From: Synechocystis sp. PCC 6803 substr. PCC-P
GTDB lineage: Bacteria > Cyanobacteriota > Cyanobacteriia > Cyanobacteriales > Microcystaceae
Assembly (NCBI RefSeq): GCF_000284455.1
Contig: NC_017039.1
Span: 1,350,001-1,382,000, forward strand
Length of the DNA: 32,000 nucleotides
Reading direction: 5' to 3'
A model generated the notes under the pieces. The model ran no database searches. It worked only from the letters and a program-made list of their open reading frames with translations, and was not told where the DNA came from. This document shows, one piece after another, positions 9,461-19,069 of this stretch. Position numbers and translations under genes: made by a program. Positions within the stretch are counted from its first letter, which is position 1; each line of letters opens with the position of its first letter.

Positions 9461-11185
9461 ATGCTCCGACTCGAACACATCCGCAAAATTTATCCCACCG
9501 GCGAAGTTCTTAAAGATGTGAACTGGGAAGTTAAACCAGAAGAACGGGTAGGCCTGGTGGGGGTCAACGGGGCCGGAAAATCCACCCAACTCAAGATCAT
9601 TATGGGGGAAGTGGAGGCCACTGCGGGGGAAATTATTCGCCCAGCGGCGCTGAAAATTGCCCATTTAACCCAAGAATTTGACGTTACTCCCAGCCGTACT
9701 TTGCGGGAGGAAATGTGGACGGTATTCACCGAGGCGAACCAGGTTCAGGATGCCATGCACCACGTCCATCAGGAAATGGAAGTAGCCGATCCCGATACCC
9801 TAGAAAATTTAATTCACAAATTAGATAAATTACAGCGGCAATTTGAAGGCCTAGACGGTTATCGTTTGGAGTCGCAAATTGAGCGGATTTTGCCAGAAAT
9901 TGGTTTTGAGCCGGAGGATGGCGATCGCCTGGTGAGTTCCTTTAGTGGCGGCTGGCAGATGCGGATCAGTTTAGGCAAAATTTTACTCCAGGAGCCGGAT
10001 TTACTGCTGTTGGACGAGCCCACCAACCATTTAGATTTAGAAACCATTGAATGGCTAGAAACTTACCTCAAGGGCTTAAAAACTCCCATGGTGATTATTT
10101 CCCATGACCGGGAATTTCTCGACCGGCTTTGCACCAAAATTGTCGAAACGGAACGGGGAATTTCCACCACCTATCTGGGCAATTATTCCAGTTATCTAGT
10201 GCAGAAAGAAGAAGGCAATCTTGCCCTGGCCAGTGCCTATGAACATCAACAAAAGGCCTTGGCTAAACAACAAGCTTTTGTGGATAAATTCCGGGCCAGT
10301 GCCACCCGCAGTACCCAAGCGAAAAGCCGAGAAAAGCAACTAGAAAAAATTGAACGGGTAGAAGCTCCTGTGGGTGGAGTAAGAACCCTAAAATTCCATT
10401 TCCCCCCTGCCCCCCGCAGTGGCCGGCAAGTGGCGCTTATTGAAGATATTTCCCATTCCTTTAACGATAAATTGCTCTTCCTGGGGGCTAATTTGGAAAT
10501 TGAACGGGGCGATCGTATTGCTTTTTTGGGGCCCAACGGTTGCGGTAAATCCACCCTCCTGCGGATGATTATGGGTATGGAATTGCCAGACGAAGGGCAA
10601 ATAAAATTAGGGGAACACAATATTTTGCCCGGCTATTTTGAGCAAAACCAAGCGGAAGCTTTGGATTTAGAAAAAACCGTTATGGAGACCATCCATGATG
10701 AAGTGCCCGACTGGAAAAATGAAGAAGTGCGGACCCTGTTAGGAAGATTTCTCTTTTCTGGGGAAACGGTGTTTAAAAAAGTGGCCGCCCTCAGTGGGGG
10801 GGAAAAAGCCCGTTTAGCCTTGGCGAAAATGTTGCTCACCCCGGCCAACTTTTTAATCCTTGATGAACCGACCAACCATTTGGATATTCCCGCCAAAGAA
10901 ATGCTGGAAGAAGCTTTGCAGGAATATGAAGGCACCGTGGTACTAGTTTCCCATGACCGTTATTTTATTTCTCGAGTAGCTAATAAAATAGTGGAAGTTC
11001 GGGACGGGGAACTGGTGGCTTACAGCGGTGATTACCACTACTATTTAGAAAAGTTAGAAGTGGAAAAAGCCGAAGAAAAGCGTCGTCTGGCCGCTGAACA
11101 AGCTGCTAAAAAACAAGCCGAAAAACGGGCTAAACAAGCGGCGAAAAAGGCAGAACAGAAGAGCAAAAAAGTGATTGCTCCTTAG
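9461..11185 (+). CDS. ABC-F family ATP-binding protein (Uup/EttA-like)
   Basis: 574 aa, two ABC cassettes: GVNGAGKSTQLK / SGGWQMRISLGKILLQEPDLLLLDEPTNHLDLETIEWLE and GPNGCGKSTLLR / LSGGEKARLALAKMLLTPANFLILDEPTNHLDI; no TM domain; Lys-rich C-terminal tail. Confidence 0.93.
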   Translation: MLRLEHIRKIYPTGEVLKDVNWEVKPEERVGLVGVNGAGKSTQLKIIMGEVEATAGEIIRPAALKIAHLTQEFDVTPSRTLREEMWTVFTEANQVQDAMHHVHQEMEVADPDTLENLIHKLDKLQRQFEGLDGYRLESQIERILPEIGFEPEDGDRLVSSFSGGWQMRISLGKILLQEPDLLLLDEPTNHLDLETIEWLETYLKGLKTPMVIISHDREFLDRLCTKIVETERGISTTYLGNYSSYLVQKEEGNLALASAYEHQQKALAKQQAFVDKFRASATRSTQAKSREKQLEKIERVEAPVGGVRTLKFHFPPAPRSGRQVALIEDISHSFNDKLLFLGANLEIERGDRIAFLGPNGCGKSTLLRMIMGMELPDEGQIKLGEHNILPGYFEQNQAEALDLEKTVMETIHDEVPDWKNEEVRTLLGRFLFSGETVFKKVAALSGGEKARLALAKMLLTPANFLILDEPTNHLDIPAKEMLEEALQEYEGTVVLVSHDRYFISRVANKIVEVRDGELVAYSGDYHYYLEKLEVEKAEEKRRLAAEQAAKKQAEKRAKQAAKKAEQKSKKVIAP

Positions 11186-11273
11186 ATACGGCCAGGGTAA
11201 AAATTCTGAATCTATCCCTGGTCTGTCGATCTGGAGGGACAGTTCAGGTTATGGTGCGAGGATGTGTTAGTTT

Positions 11274-12299
11274 TTGCACCTCACCATGGTCTCCGTTCAA
11301 AATTCCCTCCGCCTGCAGATAGAAAACCGGCTCCTCAGCCATCCCCAGAGCTATGTCAACCATGGCCAGGATGTTATTGCTGGTTTACAGCAATCCCCTA
11401 AAACTTTGCCGCCCCACTATTTTTACGACGACCGGGGTTCCCTGCTGTTTGAGCAAATTTGCTTACTGCCGGAATATTATCCCACCCGCACCGAAGCGAG
11501 CATTCTCCAGGCGATCGCCAAGGAATTGGTGCAAATTACGGGGCCCTGTGACTTCATTGAATTGGGTAGCGGCAGTTCCACTAAAACCCGGATTTTATTA
11601 GATGCCTTTGCGGAAGAAAATATTGCCCTACGCTATATTCCCGTTGATATCAGTGAAGCGATTTTAAGAGAAAATGCGGAGGCTATTTTAGCTACCTATC
11701 TCCACTTAACGGTGCAAGGTTTAGTAAGTACTTATCAGTTGGCGTTGGCATCATTGCCCGATCATAATTATCCCCATCGTTTGATGGCATTTTTAGGCAG
11801 TTCTCTCGGTAATTTTTCCCCTGAAGATTGTCAAGTATTCTTTGAACAAGTAGGTCAAGCGTTAGACCCAGGGGATTACTTTTTATTAGGGGTGGATTTA
11901 TGCAAACCTGCTGATATTTTAGAAGCCGCCTATAACGATGCCCAAGGGGTAACGGCGGAATTTAATTTAAATATGTTGCGCCATTTAAATTGGCGTTTTC
12001 AAGGTAATTTTGCGTTGGATAACTTTTCCCATCGGGCTGTATTTAATCAGCAAAAATCCCAAATTGAAATGTATTTACGCAGTGGCACGAAGCAAACGGT
12101 GCGGTTGGAAAATCTTGATTTAACGGTGGATCTGCAAGCTGGAGAAACCATTCTGACGGAAATATCCCGCAAATTTTCCCTCCATGCTAACAATCCCAAC
12201 GCCATTCCCCGGCAATTGGCGGACCATGGCCTAGAGCCACTCCAAGTGTGGACCGATGACCAACAATGGTTTGCTGTGATTTTAAGCCGGGTCAACTAG
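11274..12299 (+). CDS. egtD: EgtD-like (histidine N-alpha-methyltransferase family) SAM-dependent methyltransferase
   Basis: 341 aa; YFYDDRGSLLFEQICLLPEYYPTRTEASIL, DFIELGSGSSTKTRILLDAF, YIPVDISEAILRENAEAI, FLGSSLGNFSPED, YFLLGVDLCKPADILEAAYNDAQGVTAEFNLNML. Confidence 0.78.
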   Translation: MHLTMVSVQNSLRLQIENRLLSHPQSYVNHGQDVIAGLQQSPKTLPPHYFYDDRGSLLFEQICLLPEYYPTRTEASILQAIAKELVQITGPCDFIELGSGSSTKTRILLDAFAEENIALRYIPVDISEAILRENAEAILATYLHLTVQGLVSTYQLALASLPDHNYPHRLMAFLGSSLGNFSPEDCQVFFEQVGQALDPGDYFLLGVDLCKPADILEAAYNDAQGVTAEFNLNMLRHLNWRFQGNFALDNFSHRAVFNQQKSQIEMYLRSGTKQTVRLENLDLTVDLQAGETILTEISRKFSLHANNPNAIPRQLADHGLEPLQVWTDDQQWFAVILSRVN

Positions 12300-12897
12300 C
12301 AGCAAATACCCCTGCCTGACAATCCCTCAACCATAAACGAATGCCTTGGGCGATCGCCCCGGTGCTGGCATCCCGTCGGGGAGAAGGGGGCTGATCCGGG
12401 GAGCTTCCCCCTAATTGTTGGTACAGTAAGGCCAATTGCCAACCCTGCTCCGTTTGCACAAAAAATGCCCAGTAAAAATTCTGGCTGGCGATCGCCCGTT
12501 GGTCGGTGTAGCTTCTTTCCAGGGTGGTGAAAAAAACCTGTTTAGTGGTATCCGGTACTTCCGTTTGCCACTGTTGTTGAGCTAGGGGCAGGGGATCAAA
12601 ATCCGCATTGCCAGCAATCAAAATGTAAGTTCTCAAAGGAACGCCACCAATTTGACTCCGTTGCATGACCCGATTGGTATAACTGGGCAGTGCGTCCAGT
12701 AGGGGGGGCATCAATTCCGCTAACGGTTGTTGGCAGTGGCCTCCGTTGGGGGAGCGGCTATTTCTGGCTTGGGCGGAGCTTAAACCCAGGCCTGTGACCA
12801 ATATCAAGGCAAAGCCAGTGACAGATAGGCCAAATTTGACTACCGAGGAGAAGCCCAACAATTTTAAACAGCAAGGTCTTGGCATAATCTTTCCCAA
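12292..12897 (-). CDS. Exported hypothetical protein with N-terminal signal/anchor; likely start ATG 12885
   Basis: 201 aa; hydrophobic N-terminus [28 protein letters not shown] followed by a coherent soluble domain; overlaps the pyrF end. Confidence 0.7.
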   Translation of the reverse strand: MGKIMPRPCCLKLLGFSSVVKFGLSVTGFALILVTGLGLSSAQARNSRSPNGGHCQQPLAELMPPLLDALPSYTNRVMQRSQIGGVPLRTYILIAGNADFDPLPLAQQQWQTEVPDTTKQVFFTTLERSYTDQRAIASQNFYWAFFVQTEQGWQLALLYQQLGGSSPDQPPSPRRDASTGAIAQGIRLWLRDCQAGVFAAS

Positions 12898-13559
12898 GCG
12901 GCTTCGGGACTAGGATCAGCAGTGATGGGTCGACCAATGACCACATAATTGGCCCCAGCGGCGATCGCCTGGGCGGGAATCATGACCCGTTGTTGATCGC
13001 CTGGGGCCGACCAGAGAGGCCGCACGCCGGGGGTAACCAGTAAAAATTCAGGGCCGCAGGTTTGCCTCAGTTTAGCCACTTCCTGGGGGGAACACACCGC
13101 TCCATCAATGCCAGCATTTCGGGCCAACCGGGCCATGGCGTTGACGTAATCATCCACGGCTAAGGGTTGTTGTAACTCTTCCCGTAACTGGCGATCGCCA
13201 ATGCTAGTGAGCAGGGTAATGGCCAACAGTTTGGGAGGATGGGGCAATGGGGCCATGGCTTGGGCGGCTAAGGTTAAAGCTTGACTTCCCGCAGTGGCAT
13301 GGAGAGTGAGTAAATCCACTTCGTACCGACTGGCAGACAGGCAGGCCCCCAACATCGTATTGGGAATGTCATGGAATTTCAGATCCAAAAAAATCCTTTT
13401 ACCCCGGTCTTTTAACTCCGCCAAAATGACCGGCCCCGCCCCCACAAATAATTCCAGCCCCACCTTCCAAAAACCTACCCCTGGCAAACGATCCACTAAG
13501 GCGATCGCCTTGGGTAAATCCGGCACATCTAGGGCAACAATTACTTGGTCTGGGGTCAT
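12864..13559 (-). CDS. pyrF: Orotidine 5'-phosphate decarboxylase
   Basis: 231 aa; [50 protein letters not shown]. Confidence 0.96.
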   Translation of the reverse strand: MTPDQVIVALDVPDLPKAIALVDRLPGVGFWKVGLELFVGAGPVILAELKDRGKRIFLDLKFHDIPNTMLGACLSASRYEVDLLTLHATAGSQALTLAAQAMAPLPHPPKLLAITLLTSIGDRQLREELQQPLAVDDYVNAMARLARNAGIDGAVCSPQEVAKLRQTCGPEFLLVTPGVRPLWSAPGDQQRVMIPAQAIAAGANYVVIGRPITADPSPEAAWERLCQDLAV

Positions 13560-13605
13560 GGCAAAGTTGAGGAGTTATGGCAGAGGAATGGGAAAATTCG
13601 AGCTT

Positions 13606-14490
13606 TTACAGGTCGTCACTGGGGGGCGGCAAAGTACGCAATACTTCCACCATGGTAGGGGTAGCAAATAGGGCTTTCGTATCTGCAATTAACTGCTCTC
13701 CCCAAAGATTTTTGACCAGGAAATCAATTTCCCCATAGCGACTATCTAAATTGAGGGCATCCTGGGCCTTCCGCAATCCTTCCTCCGTTTTGCCCTGTTT
13801 ATACAACGCCACGGCGATCGCCAATTGGGGTTCCGGTTGTTCGGAGTCAATTTTGATCACTTCTTGCCAACGTTTGAGGGCGGTGTCAATTTTTCCCTGT
13901 TCGTATTCAATCAAACCAATATTGTTGAGGGCCGGCCAGAACTGCTCTTCTGCTTTCAATGCTTTTTGGTAGGCAGTGACCGCATCGGGATATTTGACCA
14001 ACTTGAGGTAGGCATTCCCCAAATCAAACAAAGCGGCGGGGGTATCGGGGCGCTGGGCCAAACCTGCTAGCAACACCTCCACAGCTTGGTCATACTGACC
14101 TTTTTGGAAATAGGCATTACCCAAAGTAAACTTAATGCCTGCTTCCTCTGGAGCCAAGGCCTCGGCTTTTTTCAGCACTGTGATGCCCGGCTCCACTTCC
14201 TCCTGCTGTAGATAAAGAGTGCCGAGAATGAACCAGGTTTGAAACTGTTCCGGGGCCAGTTGGGTTGCCAGTTTAGCCCGGGGAAAGGCCAGGTCGTACT
14301 GCTGAAAGCGCACCAATTGCACCACATCTTCTGTGAGCGCCAGGCCCTGATCTTCCAACTGCTGTTGGTCTAAATTGGGGGTGTAGGGCAGAACCGCCTG
14401 GGAAAACACCGGAGCCGCCCCACCGGCCAAGCCCAGTTGTAGTCCCCATAAAAGCAACCAATGACGTTTTGACACAGTAAATTTTTCCAT
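13606..14490 (-). CDS. TPR-repeat protein with N-terminal signal sequence
   Basis: 294 aa; multiple TPR units (e.g. PDTPAALFDLGNAYLKLVKYPDAVTAYQKALKAEEQFWPALNNIGLIEYEQGKIDTAL). Confidence 0.85.
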   Translation of the reverse strand: MEKFTVSKRHWLLLWGLQLGLAGGAAPVFSQAVLPYTPNLDQQQLEDQGLALTEDVVQLVRFQQYDLAFPRAKLATQLAPEQFQTWFILGTLYLQQEEVEPGITVLKKAEALAPEEAGIKFTLGNAYFQKGQYDQAVEVLLAGLAQRPDTPAALFDLGNAYLKLVKYPDAVTAYQKALKAEEQFWPALNNIGLIEYEQGKIDTALKRWQEVIKIDSEQPEPQLAIAVALYKQGKTEEGLRKAQDALNLDSRYGEIDFLVKNLWGEQLIADTKALFATPTMVEVLRTLPPPSDDL

Positions 14491-14550
14491 CGATCAATGT
14501 TTTGAGCCGTCGTGGGGGAACGTTACAGTCTCCCAGCTTACCCAAAGCAA

Positions 14551-14567
14551 AACCTAATCATTAGGTT
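14551..14567. promoter_or_regulatory. Perfect 17-bp dyad AACCTAAT-C-ATTAGGTT, candidate operator
   Basis: Directly read; lies in the region between the divergent TPR and HEAVH-protein genes. Confidence 0.4.
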
Positions 14568-14753
14568 AAATAGGGTAGGGCCCAACACCTTGGTGGTGTG
14601 CGTTTATTGTATCTAGCCCGACGTTGTTTTGGCCATCCATCTTCATCCTTAGGAGCCGGAAACAATTTTGTTCCATGCCCCATTCCCCCCTCAGCCAGGC
14701 TAACTTCACCGATGAATTTTTCCCCAGCATCTTTCTTTTCTTTCCTTATCCCT

Positions 14754-15242
14754 ATGCAGCTTGGGCGGGAATTAATCATGCCGCTGGGCTTAGCTGTGAC
14801 TTTTGGGTTAACGTTTTCCCCTGCCGCTAAGGTTATGGCCCAAACGCCCTCCACAGATCCAGACTTTGCCAGTGTGAAGCAACAATTGGAAGCCAAGCAA
14901 TTCAAAGTTTTGTTGTCGCCCCCTCCCCAGCGGGGAGCCTATGGATTAATCAATGCTGAAAGCCGCACTATTTGGATTCATCCCCTCACCTTTGAACTGG
15001 GTATTGCGGTGCCGGTCATTATCCATGAGGCAGTCCATGCCGCCCAAGTATGTAAGGGTAAAGGTCAATTAGCCCCCCTGGGGGTAACGGCCGAACCATT
15101 GGTCTATGCCCAACCTTTCTGGCTCAGGTATGGCAATATTCACCGCCAAGACTTGGAGCGGGAAGCATTCACCATACAGACCCAACCCAATCGCATGGCC
15201 TTAGTTTCTGGTTACCTTAATCAATTTTGCCCATCTCGATAA
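14754..15242 (+). CDS. Exported hypothetical protein with a HExxH motif; ORF open from 14598, plausible starts at ATG 14754/14778
   Basis: MPLGLAVTFGLTFSPAAKVMAQT signal peptide; LGIAVPVIIHEAVHAAQVCKG contains HEAVH. Confidence 0.65.
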   Translation: MQLGRELIMPLGLAVTFGLTFSPAAKVMAQTPSTDPDFASVKQQLEAKQFKVLLSPPPQRGAYGLINAESRTIWIHPLTFELGIAVPVIIHEAVHAAQVCKGKGQLAPLGVTAEPLVYAQPFWLRYGNIHRQDLEREAFTIQTQPNRMALVSGYLNQFCPSR

Positions 15243-15243
15243 C

Positions 15244-15351
15244 TCATTTCCGCCAGGGCCAACGGGTACCCATTTCGGTTTTGGCGGACCAAATTAGGTA
15301 AAGCACCAACAGGCCAACGCCTGCAAGAAAGGGCAATAGATCTTCTTTCAT
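15244..15351 (-). CDS. Small 35-aa predicted single-TM protein (not in ORF track)
   Basis: Hand translation: MKEDLLPFLAGVGLLVLYLIWSAKTEMGTRWPWRK*, with a GGAAG just upstream of the ATG on the minus strand. Confidence 0.5.
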   Translation of the reverse strand: MKEDLLPFLAGVGLLVLYLIWSAKTEMGTRWPWRK

Positions 15352-15370
15352 AACTTCCCACGTCGTAATT

Positions 15371-15796
15371 TTGCTTAGGCTACAGCAAAAAAAGGCGATC
15401 GCCACAGTCAATGACGACAGACAGGTCCAAACTCAAAATAAAATTTCAATACTAAACAACTTTATTAATCTTTACAGTTTTCCTGAGTTGGTGGAACTAT
15501 CATTGTTTTACCAAGATCCCAACTTGATTATAGAGTTTATGTTTTTACAGTCCTGGAAAAGCTTAGAGGGAACCCATTTGAAGGACAAGTACTTACTTGA
15601 AACCTTGCTTGGGATTGGTGGGTTCGGCGCAGTGTTTCTGTCAAAAACAGTCGGCCACGATGGGGCGATCGCCAAGGTTGCGGTGAAATTAATGGTCTGG
15701 GATAGCAAAAGGGAAAAAGAACAAACCCAAGAACTGGAGTTGGCAACTACGCTCAAGCACGACAGGCTAATCAATTTTGTCGATCTTGATCATTGA
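15371..15796 (+). pseudogene. Truncated Ser/Thr protein kinase fragment (N-lobe only)
   Basis: LKDKYLLETLLGIGGFGAVFLSKTV...KVAVKLMVWDSKREKEQTQELELATTLKHDRLINFVDLDH* has the glycine-rich loop and VAVK lysine but stops before any HRD/DFG motif. Confidence 0.6.
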
Positions 15797-15799
15797 TGC

Positions 15800-16042
15800 T
15801 TAGCAATGGCGACGACGAAAGCGGGGATCAAACTTAGCTCCTTTACTGCCATTACAACTCTGACAAAGAGTTTGCAGATTACTCATGTCATTACTACCGC
15901 CCCTTGCCAAAGGAATAATGTGATCTACCTGTAAAGCCGTTTCATTGTGACTACAACCACAAGCTCGACAACGGTAATTATCCCTTCGGAAAACATACTC
16001 ACGAACGACGGCAGGGATGGGAATACGGGGCGTTTTTTCCAT
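15800..16042 (-). CDS. HNH endonuclease family protein; ORF open to 16102, ATG 16042 more likely start
   Basis: MEKTPRIPIPAVVREYVFRRDNYRCRACGCSHNETALQVDHIIPLARGGSNDMSNLQTLCQSCNGSKGAKF: CxxC...DHIIP...N..LC..CN..KG. Confidence 0.88.
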   Translation of the reverse strand: MEKTPRIPIPAVVREYVFRRDNYRCRACGCSHNETALQVDHIIPLARGGSNDMSNLQTLCQSCNGSKGAKFDPRFRRRHC

Positions 16043-16155
16043 GGGAGTGGCACAAGAAACAAGGAAAATATCAATTTTTGTAAAGTCGAAGTCAACGGCC
16101 AATTAGTTTGAGCATAGCCTTGTATTAGAGCGATTTTTCCACTAACGAGGCTTCC

Positions 16156-18594
16156 ATGTCCAAGATTGCGCCCCAATGTCAGAATCTCCGTGAGCAAGTT
16201 AATCAGTTAATCGAGCTTCTGCGCCAGGAACCCACACTCCGCAGTCAGCAGGACACCAGCATTGTGGAAACGGCCTTAGGAAAGGCACTGTCCCCCCGGT
16301 TTGAAATTGTTTTTGCCGGGGCTTTTAGTGCCGGTAAGTCCATGCTGATCAATGCGTTGTTGGAGCGGGAATTGCTTTATAGTGCAGAAGGTCACGCCAC
16401 GGGGACAGAATGTCATATTGAATATGCTAACGCCAATGAAGAAAGGGTAGTGTTAACTTTTTTGAGTGAAGCGGAAATTCGTCAGCAGGCTTTGATTTTA
16501 GCAAAATATCTCAATGTCAATGTGGGGGATTTAAATATTAATCAACCTGAAGCAGTGAAGGTGGTTAGTCAATATTGTCAGAAAATAATTGCAGAAGAAG
16601 GGGGAGAAAATAAGTCAGAACGAGCCAAACAAGCCAATGCTCTACACTTACTACTAATAGGATTTGAGCAAAATCGAGAAAGGATTAATACTGTACAAAA
16701 TTCCACGTATTCTATGGATCAGTTAAATTTTTCTAGTTTAGCTGAAGCGGCAGGTTATGCGAGGCGGGGAGCTAATAGTGCGGTGCTTAAACGATTGGAT
16801 TATTTTTGTAATCACTCATTATTAAAAGATGGCAATGTCTTGGTGGATTTGCCAGGGATTGATGCCCCAGTTAAAGAAGATGCGGAAAGAGCTTACCGTA
16901 AAATTGAAAGCCCGGATACCTCAGCAGTGATCTGTGTGCTTAAACCAGCGGCAGCAGGAGATATGAGTGCAGAAGAAACACAATTATTAGAACGCATCAG
17001 CAAAAATCATGGCATCCGAGATCGGGTATTTTATGTGTTTAATCGCATTGACGATACTTGGTACAATACTCAACTGCGACAACGGCTAGAGGGTTTAATT
17101 CAGTCGCAATTTCGGGATAATTCTAGGGTCTATAAAACCAGTGGTTTACTTGGTTTCTACGGCAGTCAAGTTAAGCAGACTAATAGTAGTACTCGTTTTG
17201 GCTTGGACTCAATTTTTGCCACCACCATCAAAGGTTTTGACGGAGAGGAAGAAACACCACAATTTGTTAGCGAGTTTAATAACTACTGTGCTAATTCTGG
17301 TAAGTTATTGTCCACTGCTTTCCGGGTCTCGGTCAATGGTTATGAAACATCTAATGAAAATTATGTCAGAATTTTAAGTGAATGGGGAATACCATTAGTT
17401 GATCAACTAATCCATGACAGCGGAATTGAATCTTTTCGTTCTGGCATTGGTCTTTATTTAGCAGAGGAAAAATATCCTGAACTATTTGCAACTCTAGCTA
17501 ATGATTTGCAACCGTTATGTATTGCTCTACGGCAATTTTATCTAGAAAATTATCGGCAGTTAGATAGTCAGCCCCGGGAAATTGCGGCGATGAAAGCTCA
17601 GGAATTAACTTTGCTTAATCAAGAAATGCAAAATCTGGGTATTGAGTTCAAAAAATATATGAGTGCTCAAATTAATGATGTGGTTATCGGCAATGATCGG
17701 GAATTTGACCAAGATTTTACTAAGTTAAAAGCAAGAATGGTGGCTCGATTAGATGAGTTGTTAAAAACTTTTTCGGTAATGAATGCCTATAAGCGAGCAA
17801 CGGAAAGTCATCCTCGTAATTCCACAGCTCCTTTTATTGCAGTTTTGGTGGAGGCTTTATATTATCTTGCTAATGAATTGGAAGATGCTTTCATAGAAGC
17901 TATTCATGAGCTAGTTAAAAATTTCTTTCAACGATTAGGCGATCGCCTACGAAAAGTGGATTGTTACCATCAAGTTTATCGTTTGGTTGGCAATGATGGC
18001 GGTATTGAGCAACTATTACGACGGGCGGAAGAAGATATAACTAAAGCCTTGGTTAATGAAGCTCGAACGGAATGTGATCGTTATGTGCGGGAAAGTCCCC
18101 GATTTTATGATGAAGGTACTTTTTCCATTTATCAATTCCGGCAAACTCTCCAGCAAACTTCCCAGGGTTATGATGCCCAGGCGATCGTGGAAGCGGAACC
18201 AGCTATTAAGGAGTTGCTAAAACTAGATTTTGAACCTAAAGTTTTCAATACTGTACGGAAAAATTTCCGACAAACCGTCAATAATACCCTAAAAACCCAT
18301 CTGCTACCAATGGCAGAAGAACAAGCCCAAATAATTTTAGAACAGTATGATGTGGCAAGGAAATATCGTGAGCAAACGTTGGAACAGGATGCCGAAGAAA
18401 AAATTGCTCGCAATTCCCGTTTACAATCGGAGATTAAACAGAAAATCGATCTTTACCAAACGAGTATTGTTAGCATTAATGAATGTTTAAAAGCCATGCA
18501 AATTTTTGAGCAGTTACCTGTTATTACAGAATCAGACATTACTAAGCAAGCAGAAATAGTTGCAGATGCAGATTTTGTGGAAATAGTAGAATAA
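16156..18594 (+). CDS. Bacterial dynamin-like protein (SynDLP)
   Basis: 812 aa; G1 GAFSAGKS at 16318-16341, G3 DLPGID at 16846-16863, G4-like FNRID; long helical C-terminus. Cys8 and Cys777 match the published intramolecular disulfide positions of Synechocystis SynDLP. Confidence 0.93.
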   Translation: MSKIAPQCQNLREQVNQLIELLRQEPTLRSQQDTSIVETALGKALSPRFEIVFAGAFSAGKSMLINALLERELLYSAEGHATGTECHIEYANANEERVVLTFLSEAEIRQQALILAKYLNVNVGDLNINQPEAVKVVSQYCQKIIAEEGGENKSERAKQANALHLLLIGFEQNRERINTVQNSTYSMDQLNFSSLAEAAGYARRGANSAVLKRLDYFCNHSLLKDGNVLVDLPGIDAPVKEDAERAYRKIESPDTSAVICVLKPAAAGDMSAEETQLLERISKNHGIRDRVFYVFNRIDDTWYNTQLRQRLEGLIQSQFRDNSRVYKTSGLLGFYGSQVKQTNSSTRFGLDSIFATTIKGFDGEEETPQFVSEFNNYCANSGKLLSTAFRVSVNGYETSNENYVRILSEWGIPLVDQLIHDSGIESFRSGIGLYLAEEKYPELFATLANDLQPLCIALRQFYLENYRQLDSQPREIAAMKAQELTLLNQEMQNLGIEFKKYMSAQINDVVIGNDREFDQDFTKLKARMVARLDELLKTFSVMNAYKRATESHPRNSTAPFIAVLVEALYYLANELEDAFIEAIHELVKNFFQRLGDRLRKVDCYHQVYRLVGNDGGIEQLLRRAEEDITKALVNEARTECDRYVRESPRFYDEGTFSIYQFRQTLQQTSQGYDAQAIVEAEPAIKELLKLDFEPKVFNTVRKNFRQTVNNTLKTHLLPMAEEQAQIILEQYDVARKYREQTLEQDAEEKIARNSRLQSEIKQKIDLYQTSIVSINECLKAMQIFEQLPVITESDITKQAEIVADADFVEIVE

Positions 18595-18682
18595 TCAACC
18601 ATGAATTAAAATCTACATTGAGACCAGCAAATAGCTGAATAATTTTTCTTTTGATTTAAGTAACCTTTCTGACATACAAGCA

Positions 18683-19045
18683 ATGCAAATTATCTACGAC
18701 GAATTCCTAGAATCCCTAAATGCTGATGACGTCCTACAGTTATTAGACAAACAGTTTCCCGGCAAATTGTTTTCAGTATCTCGTATTAAACATACCTTAG
18801 AATATTCTTTTCAGCAGCCACCACAAGAGAAATTTATTGAGCAATTAGAACTTGGATCTAGAGCAAGCATTTACTTGGGTCAAGGTGTTGATTGTCGAAT
18901 TTTAAAAGCTGGATCCAGTGGCTGGAAAAAAGGAAGGATTGCAGTTAATGTGTCTGTAGAGTTCATTCCCGATGAGCCTGAGGCAAATGAATATCAATCT
19001 CCGTTAGATGAAATTCGTCGAGAAATACAATCTGATCTTCAATGA
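18683..19045 (+). CDS. KGK-domain-type small protein, paralog 1
   Basis: 120 aa; GWKKGRIAVNVSVEFIPDEPEANEYQSPLDEIRREIQSD. Confidence 0.75.
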   Translation: MQIIYDEFLESLNADDVLQLLDKQFPGKLFSVSRIKHTLEYSFQQPPQEKFIEQLELGSRASIYLGQGVDCRILKAGSSGWKKGRIAVNVSVEFIPDEPEANEYQSPLDEIRREIQSDLQ

Positions 19046-19069
19046 TTTATCAATTGAAATATTAAAAAT

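Noticed and set aside
9490-9729. 79-aa minus-strand ORF and similar shadow ORFs inside the ABC-F gene
   Set aside because: Antisense shadows of a strongly coding GC-balanced gene with no family motifs.
14561-14905. 114-aa minus-strand ORF
   Set aside because: Antisense to the HEAVH-protein gene region with no recognisable motifs; more likely spurious.
16043-16102. N-terminal extension of the HNH ORF (MAVDFDFTKIDIFLVSCATP)
   Set aside because: The conserved-looking protein begins at MEKTPRIPIPAVVREYVF; the extension would also crowd the promoter of the divergent dynamin gene.
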